A stretch of DNA of 64,000 nucleotides from Parasitella parasitica NRRL 2501 (lineage: Eukaryota > Fungi > Mucoromycota), in the NCBI GenBank assembly GCA_025201805.1, contig MU619288.1:132068-196067 (forward strand), written 5' to 3'. Every line of letters starts with the position of its first letter. The first letter of the stretch is position 1. Below, piece after piece: positions 1 through 11,673 of this stretch. Below the pieces are notes generated by a model. It saw nothing but the letters and a program-made list of their open reading frames with translations. It did not search any database and had not been told where the DNA came from. The position numbers were made by a program, and so were the translations under genes.

Positions 1-646
1 AATACACCTAATCACTAGTCATTAGAACTGATGATAAATGTGAAAAAAAATAGCACTGAAGTTAGCCATGGTGGTAATTGAAAACCAGTATGCGTAATCT
101 CAAAAGAAAAATCCAGTATGAAGCATAATTCCATATATATATCTAAGATGAGACGTTCCCGGAATTCAACATCAGGTTCAGGAACGTAGCTTCAATTGGC
201 TCAGACTCTGATCACGTGCGGGTAATCAATTAGCACCACCAAAAACAATTTACATCTGAAACAAAATGTCAGATGTAGAATTCAATAGTAGGTAACCAGC
301 AAGTATAATATGGAGGAAAAACACGTGATATACACTATGCAATGTTTGGGCAAATGTTAGATAAGAGAGAATATAATAGGTTTTGATTAACAGAATAAAG
401 ATGATGTTTATTTAATAAATTTTATGTTATATTTATACTAATGGTAAACTATTTCCAGAAGTTACCATGGTTTTGTATTTGTCTATCTTGGTTTCTAGAA
501 ATTGCTATCTATTTATAATATAAGTAAGCTTATGTTTCTTGAACTTTCTGGAAAGAGGTACTCTTGGCTTGAACTTGCGTTTGCCCGGCTTGGCCATTGC
601 TACCTTTGGAATACGTGTCAAATTAGTGCTGACAAAAGGAAAAGAC

Positions 647-718
647 TCCTTGATGGTCTAGTGGCTAGGATTCGACGCTCTCACCGTCGCGGCCGGGGTT
701 CAATTCCCCGTCAGGGAA
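647..718 (+). tRNA. tRNA-Glu(CTC)
   Basis: Cloverleaf: acceptor TCCTTGA/TCAGGGA, anticodon arm CGACG-CTCTCAC-CGTCG, T-loop GTTCAAT, T-run terminator immediately downstream. Confidence 0.95.
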
Positions 719-856
719 ATTTTTACAATTCCAAAAAAAAGATGGTGTGTGTAGTATCGATTTCAGTTGTATCTTTTAGTACTCACTACCTTTTTGATAT
801 GAATATCAACATGCCTATCAGATTAATAAAGGTAATCTTTTAAATCATATGTATAT

Positions 857-981
857 TGTTGTACATTAGTTTTGACAATCAACTTCAAAACAATATAATT
901 AGCATATCGTATGTCGAATTGAATAAACCTTATCTTTGAACTGATACATTTATTTGCCTCATTGAATTAACAATTATCACG
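857..981. repeat. ~125-bp dispersed repeat downstream of tRNA-Glu (inverted copy at 33446-33564)
   Basis: Reverse complement aligns by eye with 33446-33564 (shared blocks cgtgataattgt, aggcaaata, atgtatcagtt, attgttttgaa, tgtcaaaactaatgtac). Confidence 0.8.
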
Positions 982-3894
982 GTAATATCTTGTTCTTATA
1001 ATCTTATATAATTCACAACAGTGCTCGGAAGACGGTTACCATACCTTAATGCATAGTAAAGTGAAGTTTTTGCTTTATTAGGGAAGCATACTCTGTTTAA
1101 TTTTCATTCAAACTGACATACAAACTAAATTGGGCTATAAATAAGAATGAATTACAGGACCTAAGGGTTCTTGGCTTCCTTTTTATACTGAATAACAAAG
1201 ACTCTACGTCTCCGTAACTCAATTCAACGTAGTCTCTTTATTCATACAAACAACTCCCAGTAAGTTCATCGCTTCTTTTGATGGATATACTCAATGGCTT
1301 CAATCAGGTTTATAGTGAGTGCATATTGCTCATTATGATTTAGAGTTTTAGCGCTTTGGGATGAATGATGTAATGCACATGATTTTTCGAAATATAGTAC
1401 GACTTGGAGTTATTTCTTTATGACCTAACGTTTATTTCCAAAAATTATTATCAAAGATAATAAACAAAAAGACTACTAGCAATTATATCGCAGAGAATGT
1501 AGACTATCCATTAATAATTAAAAAGAGAATCCAGGATTGCTATGGTCCTAATTTCTAAAGATCTCAATACAATATTTTTGAAATTATTTCCATTTAATCA
1601 GTAAAAACGGAAATTGTTGTATTTATATAAAGGTTACATATATTAAACCTAACATAGTTACATGTACGGATCATGTTATTCATTATAAGGAATGAGCTAC
1701 AAGTTTTAATTGAACCTCTTGCAAGGTTTTAGGCGTTTTCAAAAATTATATCAAGATTAGGGTGCTGGATGTTGGATGTTGGTGGAAATTTTGTGAAGTA
1801 ATAATTTTCGGCACTTCCTGTCAAAAATCAAATTTTATGTGTACAAACATTGATTAAGATATAGTTTATAAATAGAGAGATCTTATCTTATGTGTCGATA
1901 AAAGTCTTCAGGCTTCTATCTGGTTTTATTCAGAAGTATTCTTATCATTTTTTAATTAACGTTTCCCTGCGCCCTTCACACTGGCACAGCAGACAAGTCC
2001 AATTTTACGGGGCCTTACTTCGTCTACTGCTGGACTTTGCCTTTCTGTAAGCCTTTCAAGTTTTCAACTTGAATAGGAACATCTTTAGTTTTTTGTTTAA
2101 TATCATGCTTACCAATTTCCCAATAATAGCGTTTGTAATCATATCCAACTTTTGTAAATACATAGAAATAGTTGGTAAGTTTCTATATTTAGGGGCAGTG
2201 TGAATCAATTTTGACACTTCTATCAAAGTTTATAAATTCCTCTAAAGTACATCCTTTCGTTCGATAAACTATTGGCAAAATTAAGGAATGCTAAACTTTC
2301 CATATGCCACTTCTGTATAGTAAGAAACTTGATTAAGATCATTTTATGCCGCGCAGAAGTTTCTCTATCTCTCAAATAGGGTTTTTTATTAAAAATCAAA
2401 GTCTAATCGAAACTAAACAGAGTCTCGGTCCCATAATTTCTTTACTCTCTGAAATGTTGTTTCAGGCCTTGAAAATAAGTACATTATATGATTGTATATG
2501 ATAAAGGAGATAAGAAAGTATTAAAGGCTTAATTTACCAGATAAAAAATTATTGATTTTATAGATTAATAAAGAGTTGTCTATTTATATAGAATAAATCG
2601 ATATGAATCAATATATAAATTCAATCAGATCAGGTTAGATATTTAATGGCCAAACAAGATTATAACACAGTAATAGTCAGAACAAGACTTTCAAACCCCA
2701 ATGGCCGCTTATTATTGCCAAACGATTTCATAAAAATGAAACCATAGGCATCAGCAACGCCATTACATTCTACCTAACTCGCTTTTAATAAAGCATCTAC
2801 CAAAGTTGATAACACCACTATTCAAAATAATCTAAAAAAATAACGTGGTGACACTTTTTAATATAAAAGCTTATTAAATTTGAGGTTATGGAATGAATAA
2901 AATGGTTTAATATAGTAAGATGTTACTCGTCTATCTACGATATAAGTTAGATAAAGATTGTAGAAGAATACTTAATGGTTTTTCAGATGCCTTACTATTG
3001 CAATTTTAAGGAGCTCCAGTAGTAAGAAAGTCAGCAGCTTTAAAAGCAAGTTGATCAACAGGAGGCTCTTGACCAGGAGTTTACTGTATCACTAGCGTCC
3101 AGCAACTTATCGAATCAAGAATTCGAAGATATTTCTGGGTTTCAGGGGCAGTATTATTTCATAGCAGCAACCTTTGCATTAAAAGCTATTTCATATACCA
3201 ACACCAGCACGTTATTGCTTGGTCATGATAATCTTTTTTACTAGACTAACAGAGTTCGAGTAAAGAAGATGATCAAGAAATAATAGATAGCACTATGTTT
3301 ATGTGTTTTTTTTTTTAAATGCAAAAATGCATGATATTGATATCTATTACACAAATATTATAGTAAAACTAGTTTCGTTCTTATACCATATACTGATATT
3401 TCAAATAAGCTATTTTAACAACACAAATTTCTTTTATTTGAAACATTTGCTTATAAAATTGTAAGATATAACCGTACAAGCACAAATGCAACTATTTTTG
3501 AAGTAGGTGACAAAAATATAATATGTTATCTCACGTATTAGCTATAGCACATCATGTGTTATTGACGCGATTTGGTTCTAATGCTATGCATGCAGATCCA
3601 CATTCTATCAAATCCTAATTCGCGATATTCATTTTAATTCAATAGATTTCAATAGTATTCACTTCCCTGTTCATCAGTACTATTCAAGACAGAGATATTT
3701 TTTTTTTTTTTGAAATTTAACAATCATACGTTTGCAATGAAACAAATCTTAGAGTTATAGTGGGTTTATTAATAATAAAAGAAAAAAGAGAGATAGCAGG
3801 TATCACACAAAATAAGTAAAATGAGTTAATACAAACTTAAATAATAGGTATAGCTTCTCATTTTTTTATCATCGTGAACTTGTGGAGAAGGAGC

Positions 3895-4200
3895 TTAAGC
3901 AGCGGGATCAACAGCGGAATCAACAGCATCTCCAGCAGCACCTTCGACACCAGCAGTAGCATCTTTAGCAGCGCCATCAACAGCATTATCGGCACCAGTA
4001 GCACCATTAACAGAACCATCGGCACCGTTAGTAGCACCATCAGCAACGCCATCGGTACCAGTAGTAACAGTACCATTAGTGGCGGCAGTATCGGGAATGG
4101 GAGCGGGAGTGTTGTCACTAGCATCAGCATTAGGAGGTGCAGCAGAGGCTGCAGCAACGAGGAAGGCCAAAGAAGCAATAGACAAGAGTTTGATTTGCAT
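3895..4200 (-). CDS. Small secreted Ala/Gly/Asp/Thr-rich protein (101 aa)
   Basis: Signal peptide MQIKLLSIASLAFLVAAASA-AP; strong GCT/GGT/GAT codon bias; GC-rich relative to flanks; A at -3 of the ATG. Confidence 0.75.
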   Translation of the reverse strand: MQIKLLSIASLAFLVAAASAAPPNADASDNTPAPIPDTAATNGTVTTGTDGVADGATNGADGSVNGATGADNAVDGAAKDATAGVEGAAGDAVDSAVDPAA

Positions 4201-4972
4201 GTTGTATAATAATTTAAAAGTTGGTAATAAATGTCTTCAACAATATTATTTGCTATTTTTATACTTTTTCTTTTTTTTTTTCGAAATGTAAAATATTCAA
4301 TGTTGATCGACAAATACAAAACACACTAGTGTAGGCTGATTTGTTTTTGTACATTAGTGCCATTTTGCAGAACAATCAAATTCAATCACCTAAACATCCT
4401 TAAATATCCCTTAACATCTCCAAGCTATTATCATTTGTAAAAATATGGAAACATTTGTCTGTTAGAATACTTATGTAAGAGGTGTAAAGTTTCACAAATG
4501 CATCTGACAAGTATAGATTTTGATATTATATCAAAATATACAAAGACAACAGTATTGATTAGTGAGATTATACATAAAATATCCCTGAAAATTTAGATCA
4601 TATTATAATCTTTGGCGTAATCAAGTTCTGATGCCCCACATCATATTATAACCATGCATACAGATCTTCATTTGACTAGATACATCTAAGATGAAAGTTT
4701 TCGTTGAAAGAAAGGTCTTTAAATAATAATTAATAGCACAGTATATATCCTATTAATTCAAGAACATGTCCAAGAGATGAATAGAAGCCATGACATCAGA
4801 TAGAATTCATTGTCTGGACAAAGAAGAGTTACATGTACATGATTTAAACCAGTATGGGATAATTCAAGTTAAGCTAAACTTGACGATCTATAAACTAACG
4901 TCTAATAGCTTTTCTATTTATTATTAACTGTAACAGATGATTTTAGTTACTTTTTAAAAACAATTCATAAAT

Positions 4973-6420
4973 CGAGTTATCCCCACTTTTTTTTTATTTG
5001 TTTACTTACCTTCAAAGAGTATTGCCTTCATCGAAAGGCGAGCCCAGTATCTGTTTTCTGTACAAAAATATAGGGCTAAATTGTTGAATTGCTTGGCAGT
5101 GGTAGGGTTTGGGTCGAAGCAGGGGAAAGTTATTTCAAACAAAAGGCAACCAAGACCAGCAAGACCAATTGCAAATGCTGAGACTTGGTCGCGGCACATT
5201 GTCTTGAAAGCATTGGAGGCATTCGGGATTTAAGCAAAGGAATGAACCGGTTGTTCCCTATATTTTGCCATTGAGGGCAGCCACAGAATGAGAGAGCTTG
5301 TGAAAGCAGAAAATACACGTTTGCGACGTATTATGTTCATTTGTTATCAGTGTTGGTGTATAGCCGCCATGTTGCTGCTGTTTCCAGAACCCACCAAATC
5401 GTCCGTGTCTCTTGATGCGAGAGCCGAATCCGTGTCCACGATCACCGACAAACATAATCAGCCTCTTTGCACCAGAACTCTTTTTCTCGTAAGCTGCTAG
5501 TCTGTGAAAGCCTTTTCTGCAAGAGAGTTCCAGCCGTCTTCTTCTTTTTATCATGGATTGGTTGTAATAGAATGAGCGCAACGATGCGCGCGAATTAGTG
5601 TGATACGAAATAGGCTTGCTCCAAACCATCAGCTGTTGAGCATTGATAAAAACTATTTTTTCCAAGATCCTTTTCCATCTCCAAAACTCTGTACCTTTCT
5701 CGTTGGTCTTCTTTTTCCGAGTCAACGAATTTGTAAACTAGCCAAACCGATATCTTGATTGATTTGCTTGGAGCCTAAAGTGAAAGCGCGAGGTATAGTC
5801 AAGTGTTCAAAAGCATCAGCTTCCACAAATTCTGTCCAGTATTCATAATCCTTCTTTGGACTTGTAGCCTTTTGCAGTACACCTTTGGGTATTCTAGTAC
5901 TTTTCAATAAAGAGATGTACTGCTCATTATATTCTCCATTTTTCTTTCGGCAATGTACAATTGAGCGTAGAATACAGATTCGAAATTGCAACTGCAAGGC
6001 ATTCCAGTAATCCGTTTTTTCTTTGGATGTCTGGATTTTGCTTTGAAGCCCACTGGGATGGCTTCAGAAACAAAGCTGGAGGGTTGATGATGGTTGAGCC
6101 TGCAACATAACATTCTAACTGTCTTTTTTTGAACTTCATGTTTGGCAGGCGTACAATAAAGCTAAGAAAAAAAAACTTCAATCTTGTCTTTTTTTACTAG
6201 TTTTGGATGGGATTTGGTATTTGGAACCATTTTTTACCTGCGTTGGTCCAAATTCTCAATTTATCAATCTACTGTATCCTTATTCTGCCAAAGCAAGCTG
6301 CAGTTGCGATTTCAGAAATTGCTGGCTTGTTGTCGATGTTTGGATTATGTCTTTTTATTGTCTTAATTGTTCATTTTGCTATTGCAACTGAAAGAATATT
6401 GCATTAAACATGGAATTATG
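4973..6420 (-). mobile_element. Degenerate Fanzor (eukaryotic TnpB-like nuclease) element, pseudogenised
   Basis: Minus-strand fragments join as IMFVGDRGHGFGSRIK..GG..TLITNEHNTSQTCIFCFHKL (RuvC-II Glu plus CxxC), TAG at 5258-5260, GSFLCLNPEC, a frameshift, then KTMCRDQVSAFAIGLAG (RuvC-III Asp). Upstream part has many stops and no recognisable RuvC-I Asp. Element ends are uncertain. Confidence 0.8.
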
Positions 6421-7215
6421 ATGAGAGCTATTCCCAACGTCTTTGTTATAATTGTTGTTGATTGTATGCATCACGAAAGTAAATTGGCTGTTCAAGTGCT
6501 GATTAGTTCGCAAGACTGACTGATCTGACATTTTTTCTTCTCAATCATTAATAGCAATAGGGCGTCTTTTACGACCATTAAAAGCGAATGACAAAGCTAT
6601 ACATCATTAGCGAGATTTAATGCAAAAAATAGTGGTTAATCGAATAAATTGAAAATGTGAAGATTCATACATGATTTCTAAATTCAGGGCTTCAATAACG
6701 AACAAGATTTGGTGGCAAGTCAGGACTTAATTTTGTCTCAAATGCAGAGAAATACTCAGTATCTTTCACTCGATTATTTATAGCATTCACTGATTTTACC
6801 CTTTAAATTTGGGAGGTTTTTATTTTTTATTTATATACTGAATAATATATCTTTGGAAAATGTTGATTAGAATCTACGAGAAATTTCACTTCACAAGTCG
6901 AATGTTTGCATTTTCGTCCGAAAAACAATTTTTCACAATTTTAGTAAGGAGGGTGGCATAAATGATTACAAATATTTAGCTTATATGGCTAATTTTTGAA
7001 GTGTAAACTTGTTTAAACATAGAGGAACTTATTTACTCCAAGTATCTTACAATGCTGTCTTGCTGTGGATTTGATATATTTCAAGATAAGTAAAGAGTCA
7101 GGCTTGAATCTGACGTTGAATAATTCTTTGTTGTTCGTCCCAGACAAAAAATCCAACATCAAAAGGAATAGGCAGCAATGCTAGTAATATTTCTTTCTTT
7201 TTCATCTCGCGAATA

Positions 7216-8420
7216 ATGGATACTCTTACCTTGCGCGGTACTCTCGAAGGTAATGATCAATACACCATCAAAAACGAAAAGATTAAGAGATAGATTGATG
7301 GATGGATGGATGAATGTATTTGAACGGATGTACTAATTCTTCCTTCTTTTTCATTATTTTTTGTTAGGTCATGGCAACTGGGGTAAGATTGATATACAAA
7401 TTACAGTAGACGTACATTAGGAAGATTGACAAATGTAACTGCATTATAGTCACTGCCATTGCAACCACCTCTGAAGCTCCTGATATGGTCTTGTCTGCCT
7501 CTCGCGACAAGTCTATCATCGTTTGGAACCTTGTCAGGTAAGAAATAATTGCAAATCATTGGATCTTTTTTGAATTGAGGGATTGATGGGAATTGATGTT
7601 TTGCAGAGATGAGTTGAACTATGGTGTTCCCCGTAAGTCTTTAGTTGGCCACTCTCACTTCGTTGAAGATCTTGCCATCTCATCTGACGGACAATTTGCT
7701 TTGTCTGCCAGTTGGGATCAGACCTTGAGACTTTGGGACCTCAACACCGGTACTACTACCCGTAGCTTCGTTGGCCACACCAATGATGTCCTCTCCGTTT
7801 CTTTCTCTGCCGATAACCGCCAAATTGTCTCTGGTTCTCGTGACAAGTCCATCAAGTTGTGGAATACTCTTGGTGAGTGCAAGTACAACATCACTGAAGA
7901 TGGCCACTCCGAGTGGGTTTCTTGTGTTCGTTTCTCTCCTAACCCTGCTAACCCCCTCATCGTTTCCGGTGGTTGGGACAAGCTCGTCAAGGTCTGGGAC
8001 TTGACCAAGATGAAGTTGAGAACCAACTTTATCGGTCACAACGGCTATGTCAACACTGTCACCATCTCTCCTGATGGTTCTCTCTGTGCCTCTGCTGGCA
8101 AGGACGGTGTTGTCATGCTCTGGGATTTGAACGATGCCAAGCATCTCTACTCTCTCGAAGCTGGATCTCTTGTCCACGCTCTTACCTTCTCTCCTAACCG
8201 CTACTGGCTCTGCGCTGCTACCGCCAACGGTATCAAGATCTGGGATCTCGAGTCCAAGTCCATTGTCGATGAGCTTCGTCCTGAATTCCCTCAATTGGGT
8301 AAGAGAAAGAATCCTGACCCTGAGTGTTTGTCTGTTTGTTGGAGCGCTGATGGTGCCACTCTCTTCTCTGGCTACTCTGATAACATCATCCGTGTCTGGC
8401 AAGTCACCCGTACTCTTTAA
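7216..8420 (+). CDS. RACK1: RACK1/Asc1/Cpc2 WD40 40S-associated protein; exons 7216-7249, 7368-7382, 7450-7537, 7607-8420
   Basis: Spliced start [22 protein letters not shown]; seven WD repeats including [13 protein letters not shown] and [11 protein letters not shown]. Confidence 0.97.
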
Positions 8421-8717
8421 ATTTATGAAATGTTTCTTTTAAAATAAAATAAAATAAAAAGAGTATTATATATAATTGAACTTCAAATCATACACGGAAG
8501 ATTGATATCAGGTTGGTTATTATGTGAATGTTGGAAAACCATGGTCAACGAAAATCAAGGAATCATATCTTTGACAGCTGCAAGGGCTTTTCGAAAACAA
8601 AGAGATTTATATTGAGCACTTGTGGGAATCTTTGTATCTGGTAGTCTGTATTAGAGTATGAACACAGAATTTTATAATGAATGACACAGCCATAATCTAT
8701 GTACATGGCAAGTTTTT

Positions 8718-10749
8718 CTAAGTCTTCTGGAGTGTCTCTAGTAGTGCTTGTTCGCATTGTTGAACACGTTCCTGTGTCGTAATTTGAGATGTCATGAGAT
8801 ATACAATATTACCGAGAGGCCTGGCGAAAAGATTGATACCAGTTTCAACTGTGCCATCAAAACCATTCTTGAATCGTCCAGAGCGCAGGTTTCGAATGAC
8901 AGATTTTGAAACAGATGAACCATAGCCCTTTGCTTGGTCATCCTTTAATTCGACAGCTAACACAGAACCCAATGCCATGACACTTTCAACATTGCTCAGC
9001 TTGGATAACTGGTCTACAGTGTTGGGTGTCCACATGGACCATACATTTCTCTTCCATGCACCACGGAATGGAGCCCAAGCACCCGATTTTTCAGCAGCCA
9101 TTTCATCTAGACTCTCGATTGAAGTTTTCGCAACAGCACAACCCATTGGATGTGCAGTGTAAGAATGGCCATGTAGTAAGCAATCAGGCTTGTTTTCAGA
9201 CAAAAAGATGTCGTAAATCGATTCCTTTGTAACGGTTAAAGCCAAAGGTAATAAACCACCCGTTAAAGTTTTTGCATAAGCAGTAATATCAGGCGTCTAA
9301 TTAAAATCAAGATGGTTGGGGTGAGTCTTTGTTGATAAGATAAAGACAAATGTCTACAACTTACCACTCCCAAGAATTCAGACGCCGATCTCTTGCCCAG
9401 TCTGTACCATCCAGCAAATACTTCATCGAAAACGATGGGTAAACCTTGCCACCCCTTGTGTGAAGTCTCATCCACGCCATACAAAAGCTGAGAACCTTCA
9501 TCTCTAACGATATCAATTAATGTACGTTGGAAAAGGGGATCTACAAAGATCATCCCCCCAGCACCCATCAGAATGGGTTCCATGAGAAGAGATCCAATAC
9601 GACGCTTTTGAGCTTTGAGTGATTTGAGTTCAGAGCGAATGTATTTGGCATAAGAAGCTGCTAGAGATTCATCGCGCAGTTGGCCTTGTTCTTGAATCGA
9701 ATAAATGTCATCCATAGAATCGTAATACACTTTATCAGTCTTGTGGTACTGAGCAATCTCGGTGGGTAAACGGACATGGGCACGACCGTGAGATATGTGA
9801 ACAGATGGAGGTTTGAGCCAGTGGCCCTTTGGTTCATACCATTGTACTTGCTCATTATATACATTGGGCGAACAAGCATCCATTGTACCTATAGTATCAC
9901 CGTGGTAACTGCCGTCAATACCCAAAATCTCAACAGGAGCCTTGATGCTGAAACCGTAACGTTTAGCAGTAGCGCTCATGGCCATCTTTAACGCAACTTC
10001 CATGGCTGTTGAGCCATTGTCAGAAAAAAAGACACGGGAAGCCCAAGTGTCTTTTTCCAGGACCTTTTCAGCTAAAGCAAGAGCAGGCTCATTGGTTGAT
10101 TCAGGAAAGATGACATGGCCGTACCGGCCAGCGGCATAGGCAGCAGCCTTGGTCAATTCGGGATTAGCATGGCCAAGGCCCTGTGTCCACCAACTAGCAC
10201 AAGAATCAAACATTTCTTTGGGAATTCCCTTGTCATATGTAGTGAAATAGTCGTTGTGGGCGGAATCAATGACAGTGACATCTTTAACAAGTTCATGTTG
10301 AGTAAATGGCCACCAAAATGTTTCGCGTGATTTCTGCGCCATCGTTTCCAGTCTATCAAAGCGCTCCATATGCTTTAAATCAAGATGCTGAATGACAGGA
10401 ACAAGGAAGTCATCTACTTGCGTGTAGTATTTCGACATGGACTGTTGCTCCAACACAGGATCTTCTAGTGGAGCAGGTGGAGGCGGTATTGTAGCTACTA
10501 GTGTGTCTCTTACTCGATTTCCAATCAGATCGTGGTTCTTGTAGTTGGGTTGATCAAAGAGTAAAATTGTGGGGATATCATAACCCCTCATGTTGAGCGA
10601 TTCATAGGAGGTTAGCGTGGTAGAGATGCCACCTAAATTACTATCACCGACCAACAAAGTGGGCAATCTCAGGGTTCTATAGAAATCTGCTTGGGGTGTT
10701 CCTAATACGATTGCTATTCAGCAAAGCTGCTGAAAATGCCTTTGTCCCC

Positions 10750-10788
<39 letters not shown>

Positions 10789-10793
10789 AAGGC

Positions 10794-10824
<31 letters not shown>

Positions 10825-11369
10825 TATAAGTTTACCTGACATGACAGGACTATGAACGCCTCCAGCAGTTTCCATGAAAAAGTAGCTGCCATTTTGTTTT
10901 TGTTGTTGCACGTAATCTAGCATTTTTTGCTTTAATCTAGCCAACACTTCCATATCGTGCGGAGGCTAAATTACCGTGTCATTGTTAGTTACTATCATCA
11001 TGGAATCATGGAGATCTGCATACTTTATCAGTTGCAATGTGAGGGCTGACTGGATCAGGATACGCATACAATGTGTCTGATTTGAGGATGGATGAATTAT
11101 GGTAGGTCTTGACATGTCTGCGGTAAAAAGTGGAAGAGTTGAATTATGCATTTTAATAGTCAATTGACTTTTTGTTACCTTTCATCGCTGTCAACTGGAT
11201 ACCCTGTTTGTACAGGTTTGACGTAGAAGACGTCTCGATTGCTCTCCTTTGCCACTATAGCCGCAGCTCTGCAGAGGCCTGTAGCAAAGATAGTCTTTCC
11301 AACATTGGTATTTGCAGCGAATATCTGGTAGGCTTGAAATGCTCGCGTAGGCAAAAATGGAGTCGGCAT
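8718..11369 (-). CDS. bioDA: Bifunctional dethiobiotin synthetase / DAPA aminotransferase (BIO3-BIO1 fusion); exons 11369-11179, 11117-11024, 10965-10836, 10701-9365, 9296-8718
   Basis: BioD motifs ANTNVGKT, KPVQTG, PVSPHIA, ETAGG, then BioA motifs SWWTQGLGH, SDNGSTAMEVALKMA, YHGDT, FDEVF, AKTLTGG (PLP Lys), HGHSYTAHP. GT-AG introns keep the frame. Confidence 0.95.
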
Positions 11370-11673
11370 CACAATGAAAGAAGATGTTGAAATAGCCACG
11401 CCGAATCGGTTTAAATAGCGATTCCAGGATTAGATGATAACAGTAGGCAGGCAGAGACTCGATCCTTACACGGTATGTTAAAAACCCGATATCCCCAACT
11501 CTTTTTTGCTGCAGCATATAGAAAGGACATTGTGAAGAGATTGATCAATTTCATTGGCATACATCCTTGGAAACGCGATTTCATTTAAATACTCTAGACA
11601 TGTCCAATCTTCTTTTCTTTCTTTCTTCTCTTCTTTCTCTTTTTTTTCAATCTCTCCTAACGCTTCCTTGTAA

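Noticed and set aside
2980-3290. Possible decayed gene next to the secreted peptide
   Set aside because: Only short GCT-rich fragments with stops; no alignable homology.
7250-7606. Intronic C/D snoRNA in RACK1 (as with snR24 in yeast ASC1)
   Set aside because: No RUGAUGA..CUGA pair with suitable spacing in any of the three introns.
7680-8402. Long antisense ORFs over RACK1, RPL15, the mucin and the secreted peptide
   Set aside because: Shadows of biased codon usage on the coding strand; no motifs of their own.
10751-10821. Two very long A-runs in bioDA
   Set aside because: They lie inside an intron as a poly-T tract, and homopolymer length is unreliable.
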